Positions 1 to 7,610 of a stretch of DNA of 29,840 bases are shown here, piece by piece; within the stretch, counting starts at the first letter, position 1, and each line of letters opens with the position of its first letter. The stretch lies in the IMG/VR virus record IMGVR_UViG_3300012940_000082, positions 1 through 29,840 of that record. One strand, written 5' to 3'. The notes beneath the pieces are model-generated. The model made no database searches. It saw nothing but the letters and a program-made list of their open reading frames with translations, and had not been told where the DNA came from. The position numbers were made by a program, and so were the translations under genes. The DNA is from a virus (taxonomy: Duplodnaviria; Caudoviricetes).

Positions 1-59
1 TGGCGTACGACGACATCGCCGCCGCCGCGCGCGAACTCAACATGGAGCCGCCGCGATGA
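1..59 (+). CDS. 3' end of a hypothetical phage protein (partial)
   Basis: Open frame ...AYDDIAAAARELNMEPPR* with GC-rich third positions; its TGA overlaps the next ATG (ATGA). Confidence 0.55.
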   Translation, partial: AYDDIAAAARELNMEPPR

Positions 60-196
60 GCTGCGACGGCTCCGGCAAGCTGCCGTGCCCGGCGTGCGAG
101 GGCTGCGGCACGGTGATCATCAACGCGGGCGTCCTGTCTCGCGGGCCCATCAGGGTCGAGGGCTGCCCGGACTGCAAGACGGGGGATGACGCATGA
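56..196 (+). CDS. Small Cys-rich zinc-finger-like protein (46 aa)
   Basis: Not in ORF track; MSCDGSGKLPCPACEGCGTVIINAGVLSRGPIRVEGCPDCKTGDDA with CxxCxGxG and CxxC; ATGA overlaps at both ends. Confidence 0.7.
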   Translation: MSCDGSGKLPCPACEGCGTVIINAGVLSRGPIRVEGCPDCKTGDDA

Positions 197-579
197 CGCG
201 ACGTGCCTGGGACGATCCGATGCCGGCAGATGAGGCCATCGACGGAATCCTCGCCGCGGCCAAGGAGGGGGACGTCTTGGCTGAACTGTCCGACAGGCTC
301 GTCGACCTCGCCGGAGGGATCGGCGGCGGCCCGCCTTGGCCACCCAACAACTACGGCGCGGTCATGTCGCTCCTGGAGGCCGCCAAGCTCATGAGCAATG
401 CGAAAGCCGCCCTGGATCGGGCCTCGCTTCTGGTGGCCGAAGGGGCTTGCAGGGCCGACTTCGTGCCTTCGGATCGGGGTCGCAGCATCACGCCGGCGGG
501 GTGGAGATACAGGCTGCAGCAGGCCGGCTATTCGTCCTTGGAGATCGACCGAATGGCGAAAGGAGAGCCTCCTCAATGA
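193..579 (+). CDS. Hypothetical phage protein (128 aa)
   Basis: ATGA-coupled upstream and downstream; normal amino-acid composition. Confidence 0.75.
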   Translation: MTRRAWDDPMPADEAIDGILAAAKEGDVLAELSDRLVDLAGGIGGGPPWPPNNYGAVMSLLEAAKLMSNAKAALDRASLLVAEGACRADFVPSDRGRSITPAGWRYRLQQAGYSSLEIDRMAKGEPPQ

Positions 580-854
580 ATCCCTGCGACGGCGCCGGCC
601 GCATCCCGTGCACCTGCGGCGCGGCGGAGTACACGGCGGCCCGCGGCTACTTCCGGGCGCCGCCGCCCTGCACCTGCGAACGGGAGTGTCCGGGGTGCGA
701 GGCGTGCAGGCCCGAGGGCGACGCGGCGAAGCACGCCGAGCTGTCCACCTGGTATCACGCGAAGATCGGCACGGCCCCGCCGCGGGCCAAGGCGGGGCGG
801 GCGGGAGAGGCCAAGGCGGCGGACCCGCAGGGGCGGCTCAAGCTGGAGGGGTGA
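576..854 (+). CDS. Cys-rich hypothetical protein (92 aa)
   Basis: Start re-called to ATG 576 (ATGA overlap, AGGAG upstream); MNPCDGAGRIPCTCG...CTCERECPGCEAC. Confidence 0.7.
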   Translation: MNPCDGAGRIPCTCGAAEYTAARGYFRAPPPCTCERECPGCEACRPEGDAAKHAELSTWYHAKIGTAPPRAKAGRAGEAKAADPQGRLKLEG

Positions 855-858
855 CGAG

Positions 859-1095
859 ATGGCGAAGAAGACGATCCCGAACACGTGGTTCAAGCTCTGC
901 GAGATGCTCCGGGCGAACGGCTACAACGCCGAGCAACTGGCCGCCGCCCGCGTCGGGTACGAGCTCGGTGGCTACGCGGCGTTGAGCAGATGCGCCCACC
1001 TGTCGAACCCAGACGCGGTGTACAGAGCTTGGGCCGAGCGATATCCGGACGCCGAGGCAGGGGCCGCCGACGCCCTCGAACGCAGCAAGCGGTAA
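859..1095 (+). CDS. Hypothetical phage protein (78 aa)
   Basis: GGAGG RBS, 4-nt gap after previous stop. Confidence 0.7.
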   Translation: MAKKTIPNTWFKLCEMLRANGYNAEQLAAARVGYELGGYAALSRCAHLSNPDAVYRAWAERYPDAEAGAADALERSKR

Positions 1096-1158
1096 CTGAC
1101 GCCCATCCCGGCCGGCGTGGCGCGGGGGCGGATCGACGAGGCGACGAGGGGGGTTGCG

Positions 1159-1887
1159 ATGAGCGAGATCGAGGTGGGGAGCGAGTGGCGGGACGACGAC
1201 AGCGGGCTGGTCGCCCGTGGTGAACGGGTAAAGGTGGTCAAGGTCGAGCGGTACTCGGTCGTCATTGAGGCGATGGACGGCGAGTTGAAAGGCGAAACGT
1301 GGAAGCTGGACAGGGCGTGGTTCCTCAAGAAGTTCTCGCCGGTAGTCCCCGCCGACGCCCCGCCGGCGACCCCGCCGCACTACGACTTCGCGATCGAGCC
1401 ATGTCGGGCGTGCGGCGACGAGAGCAAGGCGGAGCTGCACGACACGGACCTTGAGCCGTCGGTGCGGTGCATGCGGTGCGGGGCCGGCGGCGTCCGGTGC
1501 GGCGACGCGGTTGAGGCGGTCGAGGTGTGGAACAAGGCCCAGGAGGAGCAGGACGTGAAGACCTTCGCGAGCGGTGCCGCCCGCAGCCTTGACGCCGAGT
1601 CCGTGCGGTACGACCTGGTGAGCCCCGTCGGCCTGCGCCGGCTGGCCGAGACGTACGCCGAGGGGGCGGAGAAGTACGGGCCGGGAAACTGGCTCAAGGG
1701 CATGCCGGCCAGCGACCTGCTCAACCACCTGCTGCGGCACGTCGACCTCTACCGCTCGGGGGACCGCGACGAAGACCACCTCGCCCACGCCGCGTGGGGG
1801 CTGTTCGCCCTGATGCACTTCGAGGAGACCAGGCCCGACCTCATGGACCTGGTGGACTTCGCAGTCAATCCGGGGGCCGACCGCTGA
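1159..1887 (+). CDS. Tri-domain protein: SH3-like N-terminus, Lar-like zinc ribbon, DUF5664 (dATP/dGTP diphosphohydrolase-type) domain
   Basis: Start re-called to ATG 1159 after GAGGGGG; middle PCRACG...VRCMRCGA...EAVEVWN matches Lar restriction-alleviation pattern; C-terminus RYDLVSP...LAETYAEGAEKYGPGNWLKG...LLRH...HLAHAAW matches DUF5664 pattern. Confidence 0.8.
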   Translation: MSEIEVGSEWRDDDSGLVARGERVKVVKVERYSVVIEAMDGELKGETWKLDRAWFLKKFSPVVPADAPPATPPHYDFAIEPCRACGDESKAELHDTDLEPSVRCMRCGAGGVRCGDAVEAVEVWNKAQEEQDVKTFASGAARSLDAESVRYDLVSPVGLRRLAETYAEGAEKYGPGNWLKGMPASDLLNHLLRHVDLYRSGDRDEDHLAHAAWGLFALMHFEETRPDLMDLVDFAVNPGADR

Positions 1888-2099
1888 TGCACCCTGTCCA
1901 CAAACGCCGGGTCCACCGCCCGCCGCGCCGCCCGTGCGGAAAGGTCGCGCACGACAACGCCGCGCAGGCCGCACGCCACATCGCCAGCCTGGTCGCCGCC
2001 GGGGCCGACGAGCCCTGGCGGGGCCCGCTGCACGCCTATCGCTGCCCCGACTGCGGGGCGTACCACGTGGGGCACACCGGGAGGAGGGCAGGGGGATGA
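1887..2099 (+). CDS. Small zinc-binding phage protein (70 aa)
   Basis: TGATG coupling; PCGKVAH...AYRCPDCGAYHVGH, a common phage C..CxxC..H pattern. Confidence 0.75.
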   Translation: MHPVHKRRVHRPPRRPCGKVAHDNAAQAARHIASLVAAGADEPWRGPLHAYRCPDCGAYHVGHTGRRAGG

Positions 2100-2386
2100 C
2101 CGCGAAGACGATGCTGACGATCCAGGACCTCGCCGCCCGCTGGGGCGTGACGCTCCGCCAGGCGAAGGCGGCGGCGATCCAGGGCGGCGTGCCGATGATC
2201 CGGCTCAAGCCGACGCGGCACCACATCAGCTGGGCGACCACGCGGTTCGACCCCGGCGACGTGGAGGCGTGGGAGGCCGAGAGGCGCCGGGCCGTCGCCG
2301 CCGAGGCGAGGCCCGCGCCGGAGCCCGCGAAGATCAAGCCCCTCGGCCGCCGCCCCGCGGTGCCGAACCACCTCGGCCGGTGGTAG
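2096..2386 (+). CDS. xis: Excisionase-like winged HTH protein (96 aa)
   Basis: Start re-called to ATG 2096 (ATGA); MLTIQDLAARWGVT...RFDPGDVEAW is a MerR/AlpA-type recombination directionality factor pattern; adjacent to integrase. Confidence 0.7.
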   Translation: MTAKTMLTIQDLAARWGVTLRQAKAAAIQGGVPMIRLKPTRHHISWATTRFDPGDVEAWEAERRRAVAAEARPAPEPAKIKPLGRRPAVPNHLGRW

Positions 2387-3551
2387 GCTTTCGGTCCGCC
2401 GCCGCCAGGGCCGAGGCGGCGGCGACGACGTGCTCGTCGCGCAGGTGGGCGTACGTCCTGGCGATCATGGCGGGCGACGTGCCGAGGAGGTCGCCGATGG
2501 TCACCAGGTCGACCCCCTGCATCACCAGCCGCGACGCCGCGAGATGCCGCCACAGGTAGCCGCGGATCCGCCCCGTGTCGGCCGGCAACTTCACCCCGTC
2601 GGCGACCGCCGCCTCCCTCGCGCGACGGGTCGCGTGGGCCAGCAGGGCGGGATACCATGGCTTCCCCGTCGCGGACCGGAAGATGAGGTCGCCCGGCGAG
2701 GGCGAGGTCCGCTCGAACAGCCGGCGGAGCGGCCGGACGACGGACGGCAGCAGGACGATCCGGCGGGCCTTCCCGCTCTTGCGGGCGTTCTTCCACTCGG
2801 CCCGGACGAGCGTCCCGTAAACCGCCCCCGACGGCATCCGGCCGGCCTCCCACCGCACCTCGCCCCACGTCGCGCGGTAGAACTCGGACGGCCTCGCGCC
2901 GGTGGCGACCAGGCAGCGCTGGAGCAGCGTGAAGCCCGGGTCCGCGTTCGCCCGGAGCCAACGCAGCCACCGGGCCGCGTCGCCTCGCCCGCAGATCGCG
3001 ACCCCGGCCGGCCTGGGGGACGGCGGCCTGAAGCCCACGAACGGATTCGCAGCGAGGATCGGAGGCGACCCGCCGCCCGGCCTGGTCGCCCACCTGAACG
3101 CCGTCCTGACGATCCCCGACGCGGTGGACAGGTAGGAGGCCGACACCTTCGAACCCGCCCTCACGCCCGGCCGGTCGCCCCACTGAGCGATGATCGACTC
3201 CAGGTGCCGGAGCCTCACGTCCCCCACCGGCGTCGCCCCGAACTTCACGCCGTCGACCGCGAACCCGGCGGCCTTCGTCAGCACCACCTTCGCCAGGCGG
3301 ACCGACTCGGCGTCCATGTCGCCCCGCGCGAGCCTCGCGCGGCACGCCTCCAGGTAGAGGTTGAACAGGTCGGCGACCCGGACGTCGGCCCGCGGGGCGG
3401 AGAGCTCGGCGGCGAGGGCCGAGTACCACGCCCACGCCGCCGCCTTGTCCCGCTCGCCGATCTCGCGAGGGGCCGAATAGCGGGCCCCCTTGATCGTCGT
3501 CGACCAGCAGGAACGGTCCTTCCTCCACCAGGGTCCGCCGGGCCTCGGCAT
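2334..3551 (-). CDS. int: Tyrosine recombinase / phage integrase (405 aa)
   Basis: ATGARPSE (Arg I), EWKNARKSGKARRI (Lys), YLWRH (HxxR position), IGDLLGTS, RTYAH (Tyr); N-terminal arm-binding-like segment and NPF motif. Confidence 0.92.
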   Translation of the reverse strand: MPRPGGPWWRKDRSCWSTTIKGARYSAPREIGERDKAAAWAWYSALAAELSAPRADVRVADLFNLYLEACRARLARGDMDAESVRLAKVVLTKAAGFAVDGVKFGATPVGDVRLRHLESIIAQWGDRPGVRAGSKVSASYLSTASGIVRTAFRWATRPGGGSPPILAANPFVGFRPPSPRPAGVAICGRGDAARWLRWLRANADPGFTLLQRCLVATGARPSEFYRATWGEVRWEAGRMPSGAVYGTLVRAEWKNARKSGKARRIVLLPSVVRPLRRLFERTSPSPGDLIFRSATGKPWYPALLAHATRRAREAAVADGVKLPADTGRIRGYLWRHLAASRLVMQGVDLVTIGDLLGTSPAMIARTYAHLRDEHVVAAASALAAADRKPTTGRGGSAPRGGGRGA

Positions 3552-3853
3552 AGCATGGCTCCCGTCCGTCGAAGTGGTTTAGCACCCGCGAATAGTGACC
3601 ATGCTATCCGATTTCCAGGGTATAATGCAGTTCTCAGTAGCTGGCCGACATGCGGTGCGACTCAGGCGACCCCTCGGTATTCCGCCGTAACCACCGATGC
3701 CCCATAGCCTTGCCAAAAACCAACCGAAACACACGTTCAGCCAGTTTGAACCGCGATATACTCCGTGGAATCCGTTTTAACCGGGGTTTAGTACCGCGAA
3801 AAGCACCCGGCGCATGAAAAAGCCCCGGCCGGGGCCGGGGGGAGGGGGGAAGG
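3552..3853. promoter_or_regulatory. Integrase-adjacent intergenic region, candidate attP and divergent promoters
   Basis: Visibly AT-richer; TATAAT at 3621-3626; repeated GTTT-N-ACC(C)GCG-like motifs at 3577, 3744, 3774, 3786. Confidence 0.5.
3817..3840 (-). terminator. Intrinsic terminator on minus strand upstream of attP/int
   Basis: Minus strand CCCCGGC-cccg-GCCGGGG-C-TTTTT: 7-bp GC stem, 4-nt loop, U tract. Confidence 0.6.
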
Positions 3854-4126
3854 GTGATGGACGACAGGGACCGGAGCAAGGCCGAAGCGATCGCGTACGC
3901 GTTGGAGCAGCTGCTCCGGCCGCCGCTCGGCGACGTCGGCGTGCGGGAACTGGAGATACGGGCCGTGATGTCGCCGGACACGGGGATGCCCGAGCCTGAG
4001 CCGGTGCGGGTGTCGATCGGCGTGGTCCGCGAGTTCATGCGGGCGTTCGGCCGGGAGGACATGCAGCGGCCGTCGGGCGTCATGAGCGTGGCGACGTTCC
4101 TCCGCGAGATCCGGAAGGAGGGGTGA
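3854..4126 (+). CDS. Hypothetical protein (about 90 aa)
   Basis: G-rich RBS before GTG 3854/ATG 3857; good codon bias. Confidence 0.7.
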   Translation: MMDDRDRSKAEAIAYALEQLLRPPLGDVGVRELEIRAVMSPDTGMPEPEPVRVSIGVVREFMRAFGREDMQRPSGVMSVATFLREIRKEG

Positions 4127-4128
4127 CG

Positions 4129-4584
4129 ATGAACAAGCAGCAAGTCTACGACGCGGTCAACTGGGACGCCGTCATGAGGGCCCCCAGGTACGCAGGCGGC
4201 CACGAAGAAGTCATGCGGGCGATGTACGAGGGCCGCGCGGAAGTCATCGACCATTGGGTCATGAATGACTACCAAGGCGAGCTCGCGATCGCCTGGAGGT
4301 TCCCGGACGGTTCGGTAGCGGTCCTGACGGATTACTTCGGGTCATGCTCCGGCTGCGACGCCTGGGAGAACGCGACCGACGACGAGGCGAGGACGATGGT
4401 CAAGTCGCTGGCGTCGTCGGCGAGGGTCTTCCCGTCGGTCAACGAGGCGGCCGAGTTCTGCCGGACGGCCAGCGACGACGCCGCGAACTTTCCGTTCCGC
4501 GCGGCGAGGAATCTCGACCTAAGCGGGAACCTGGACGCACGTCAGCGATGCACGTCGCCAGTCGAATACTACGACGAGGATTGA
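4129..4584 (+). CDS. Conserved phage hypothetical protein with GSCSGCD motif
   Basis: GGAGG RBS; NDYQGE...DYFGSCSGCDAWE motif; alternative GTG start at 4123. Confidence 0.8.
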   Translation: MNKQQVYDAVNWDAVMRAPRYAGGHEEVMRAMYEGRAEVIDHWVMNDYQGELAIAWRFPDGSVAVLTDYFGSCSGCDAWENATDDEARTMVKSLASSARVFPSVNEAAEFCRTASDDAANFPFRAARNLDLSGNLDARQRCTSPVEYYDED

Positions 4585-4644
4585 CTCGGCCGCCACGCCC
4601 CGGCGGATCCGCGGCGGGGACGAGCGGCTGGGGTGATCTCGCTC

Positions 4645-4866
4645 TCACCCCGTCGGCGGCCGGACCTCCGCGGCGAGCGGGGCGAACCGCCTGGAGGTCG
4701 GCCCTCCCCCGTCGTCGGCGATGGTCGCGGCCAGCGGGGCGAAGCGGCGAGAGCCCCCGTCGGCCACGGACGCGGCGAGGGGGGCGAAGTAGCGGCGGCG
4801 GGCGGGGGGCGGCGCGAAGCCTCCCCCGAACGGCGGCGCCAGCGAGACGAGACGCGACAGCCTCAT
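4645..4866 (-). CDS. Small protein with three RR(Y)FAPLAA repeats (73 aa), last gene of late operon
   Basis: ATGA overlap with upstream fibre gene; repeat conserved at protein level with synonymous changes. Confidence 0.6.
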   Translation of the reverse strand: MRLSRLVSLAPPFGGGFAPPPARRRYFAPLAASVADGGSRRFAPLAATIADDGGGPTSRRFAPLAAEVRPPTG

Positions 4867-6143
4867 GAGGGGGCCCCCGTGCTCTCATTGCCGGCCCCGT
4901 CGTCCGTCAGGGCCTGTACGGTGCTGGGCGAGCCCGCCAGCGTCGAGACGGTCAGGGCCGTGGGGGTCTTCGACGCCCGGCCGAAGCGGGCGACCAGCCA
5001 CCGCAGGAGCTGCGGGAACGTCCAGGTGGACATCGGCCCGTCGTCGGCGACCGTCGGCTCGGCCGTGGCGATCGCGTCGAGCCCGTCGGCCGCGAGCCTG
5101 TAGCCGTCCCGGGGGATCGCCGTCAGGCCGTCTCCCGCGGTACCCACGGTGGACGCGAGGGACGCCAGGGCCGCCGCCGTCGCGGGCGCGTAGCCCGGCT
5201 GCGAGGCCGCCAGCGTGACCGCCGGCAGGTTGGTCAGGCCGTCGCCAGCGTCGCCGACCTCGGAGGCGAGGGACGACACCGCCGAGGCCACGGAGGCGAG
5301 CGCCGACGCCGTCGCGGGGGCGTAGTAGGGCTGCGTCGCGTCGAGCTGGACGGGGCCGCCGCCGGAAGCGGGGACGTTGACCATGGCGCCGCTGGAGAAC
5401 ACCCCCGCCGACGCGAACAGGGCGTCCGTGAAGTCCGCCGGGATCTGCGACGCGGTCGCCAGCGACGGGATCGAGTCCAGGTAGCCGGCCCGGGTGGAGG
5501 TCAACCGCGTCAGCAGCGTCCCGACGCCGGCCGGGTCGGGGATCGCGGTCAACCCGTTGCCATTGGTGCCGACCGTCGCCACCAGCCCGGCGAGGGTGGA
5601 CTCCTTGGCCGCCGCGTAATTCGGCTGGCTCGTCGCCAGCGTCACGGGAGGCAATCCGGTCAGGCCGGCGCCCGCCGCCCCCACCGTCGTGACGAGGGAC
5701 GCCAGGGCCGCCGCGGTCGCCGGGGCGTAGTTGGGCTGGGACGAGGCGAGCGTGACGGGCCCGATCGCGGTGAGCCCGGCCCCCGCGGCCCCGATCCGGG
5801 CGTAGGCGTCGCCGGTCTGGGGGGCCACGGAGCGATTCTCCAGGCTGAACGCCGCCAGCCAGTAGCCGGCCACGGACACGCCGTTGACGGTCCCCGCCGA
5901 CAGCCGTAACGAATAGTCGCCCTTGACGAACGTGGCCGGATCGACCGACGTGTCGACGACGACCTCGTAGACGCCGGCCGAGCCGGACAGCGAGACCCCG
6001 CCGGACGGCGTCAGGACGGACCCGCCGCGGACAACCGCCACTGCGGGAGACGTGATCGCGGTCAGCGCTCCGGACGAAAGGAGCGAATTCAGGGGGATGC
6101 GAAGCGTGGCCCCTCTCAGGAAGTCGCCGTAGTATTCGATCAT
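4863..6143 (-). CDS. Ala/Gly/Thr-rich repeat protein, probable tail fibre or appendage (426 aa)
   Basis: Start re-called to ATG 6143 (ATGA overlap, MIEYYGDF...); 37-aa repeats; distal tail operon position. Confidence 0.75.
   Translation of the reverse strand: MIEYYGDFLRGATLRIPLNSLLSSGALTAITSPAVAVVRGGSVLTPSGGVSLSGSAGVYEVVVDTSVDPATFVKGDYSLRLSAGTVNGVSVAGYWLAAFSLENRSVAPQTGDAYARIGAAGAGLTAIGPVTLASSQPNYAPATAAALASLVTTVGAAGAGLTGLPPVTLATSQPNYAAAKESTLAGLVATVGTNGNGLTAIPDPAGVGTLLTRLTSTRAGYLDSIPSLATASQIPADFTDALFASAGVFSSGAMVNVPASGGGPVQLDATQPYYAPATASALASVASAVSSLASEVGDAGDGLTNLPAVTLAASQPGYAPATAAALASLASTVGTAGDGLTAIPRDGYRLAADGLDAIATAEPTVADDGPMSTWTFPQLLRWLVARFGRASKTPTALTVSTLAGSPSTVQALTDDGAGNESTGAPS
5112..5795 (-). 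repeat. Intragenic degenerate 111-bp (37-aa) repeats
   Basis: IGAAGAGLTAIGPVTLASSQPNYAPATAAALASLVTT (from 5795), VGAAGAGLTGLPPVTLATSQPNYAAAKESTLAGLVAT (from 5684), VGDAGDGLTNLPAVTLAASQPGYAPATAAALASLAST, plus partial copies. Confidence 0.9.
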
Positions 6144-7342
6144 CGAATCAGCCCCGCGTTGAGGAGTGTCGCGAACCCGCCCGTCGCCGCGTCGTATCCG
6201 ATCTCCAGCGCCCCGATCGCCGTGTCCGCGTTGCGCGTCCGCCCGAAGCGGTCCAACGTCGGCGGCGTGTAGGACCCCGCCGGCACCTTGTAGATCGACA
6301 GGTCGTCGGGCGTGAGCGTCGGGCGCCGGGTCGTCCCGAAGGCCCGGCCGTCGTCGAGGTCGATCGCCGGGCGGACGTTGACGTACGAATGGGCCCCGAC
6401 CGACACCAGGGTCCGGGGCGTCGCCGAGTTGAGGACGTTGTAGTCCTCGGCGACGTGCGTCGAGTCGCCCGCCTCCAGCCCCGTCCCGGTCCCCTGGATC
6501 AGGCAGCCCCGCACGACGTTGGGCGTCGCCAGCGACTTGCCGGTGACCCCCGGGTAGACGCGGATGCCGTAGCCGATGCCAAACACTGTGCAGTGCTCCA
6601 CCAGGAAGCCTCGCGCCAGCTTGCCGCCCGAGCCCCCGGCGATCCGCACGACGACCCCGATGCCCTGGTTGCCGCAGGTCGGGACCATCCGGCAGTTGCG
6701 GACCGCGACGTTGGCGTCGTACTCCCCCGCCTGCTCGTAGATCGCGAGGTCGAGGCACGTCGACTGGTACGGCGAGGCCGAGGTCAGGTCGCAGCGCTCG
6801 ACGACGTGATCCATCGCCCCGCCGCCCGTCGCCCCGGTGATGGACAGGGCCGAGTTGGAGTTGCCGGTCCGCTCCGTCGCGAGGAGGAGGCAGTCCCGGA
6901 TCGCCCAGCCCGTCCCGCCGACCACGGAGACGCACGAGCCCTTGTAGGTGCCCGTGCCCATCCCGCCGAGGAACTTGATCCGCTCGAGCGTCACGTAGCT
7001 CTTGCTCGATGCCGAGAGGCAGGGGACCGACAGGACGTTGGCGTCGTCCGACCAGGCCGCCCACGTCACGGGGCCGGTGCTCGGCGTGGCGTAGCCGCCG
7101 GCGGCGAAGCCGGCCCCGTCGCAGTCGCCGACGATCCGGAGCGTGTTCGTCGAGGTCGGGGCCAGGGCCAGCGTGAAGCCCTCGTAGTAGACGCCCGGCT
7201 CGACGTAGATCACGGACGCGCTCGTCAGCGTGATCGCCGGGGTCGGGCCGGCCGCCTTGCCGATCGTCTTCCAGGGGTTCGTCGCGGTCCCCGTCCCCGT
7301 CGTGTCGTTGCCGCGGGAGGCGCTCACATAATAATTAGCCAT
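6140..7342 (-). CDS. Right-handed beta-helix (pectin-lyase-like) protein, probable tailspike/depolymerase (400 aa)
   Basis: N-terminal YYVSASRGNDTTGTGTATNPWKTIGKA (DUF1565-type cap), IYVEPGVYYE, periodic xxRxC/ERC/RNC/EHC rungs, C-terminal DRFGRTR..TAIGALE. Confidence 0.8.
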   Translation of the reverse strand: MANYYVSASRGNDTTGTGTATNPWKTIGKAAGPTPAITLTSASVIYVEPGVYYEGFTLALAPTSTNTLRIVGDCDGAGFAAGGYATPSTGPVTWAAWSDDANVLSVPCLSASSKSYVTLERIKFLGGMGTGTYKGSCVSVVGGTGWAIRDCLLLATERTGNSNSALSITGATGGGAMDHVVERCDLTSASPYQSTCLDLAIYEQAGEYDANVAVRNCRMVPTCGNQGIGVVVRIAGGSGGKLARGFLVEHCTVFGIGYGIRVYPGVTGKSLATPNVVRGCLIQGTGTGLEAGDSTHVAEDYNVLNSATPRTLVSVGAHSYVNVRPAIDLDDGRAFGTTRRPTLTPDDLSIYKVPAGSYTPPTLDRFGRTRNADTAIGALEIGYDAATGGFATLLNAGLIR

Positions 7343-7595
7343 CGATCACCCCCGCGGCGTCCCGCATCGCCATCTCCATGAGCATGTCCACGACCGGGGC
7401 GAGGTCGGCGGCCGTGGCCGTCTCGGCCAGCCACCGCGAGAGCAGGACGGGGTCGGGCCCCGTGTCCGCGACGTACTCGCCGGTGGCGGAGTCGGTCCAC
7501 GTCGCCTCGCCCTCGACGTCGAAGCCGAAGGCGATCGTGATGGCGCCGGGGACCCGGCGGACCTCCCGGCGCCGGAAATCCAGTGTCCTGGGCAT
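7335..7595 (-). CDS. Hypothetical tail-region protein (86 aa)
   Basis: GAGGA RBS, 8-nt overlap with the beta-helix gene. Confidence 0.75.
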   Translation of the reverse strand: MPRTLDFRRREVRRVPGAITIAFGFDVEGEATWTDSATGEYVADTGPDPVLLSRWLAETATAADLAPVVDMLMEMAMRDAAGVIDG

Positions 7596-7610
7596 GGCGG
7601 TCCTCGCTGG

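Noticed and set aside
1159-1887. 2-aminoadenine (Z) genome pathway
   Set aside because: A DUF5664-like domain alone is insufficient; no purZ or dedicated polymerase in the window.
838-3585. 915-aa minus-strand ORF and other very long ORFs (12258-15077, 22056-24266, 17689-19350, 20301-22016)
   Set aside because: Arg/Gly/Pro-rich or antisense shadow frames of real genes, expected from stop-codon scarcity at high GC; no motifs.
3600-3760. tRNA or tmRNA fragment as att core
   Set aside because: No T-loop GTTCRA or acceptor/CCA signature on either strand.
4585-4632. Imperfect hairpin between convergent genes as a bidirectional terminator
   Set aside because: Many bulges and no U tract on either side; plausible but indistinguishable from chance at this GC.
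4645-5795. Repeats as possible CRISPR array or DGR template/variable pair
   Set aside because: Repeats are in-frame and degenerate at synonymous sites, with no constant repeat-spacer pattern, no adenine-specific differences, and no cas or reverse transcriptase gene in the window.
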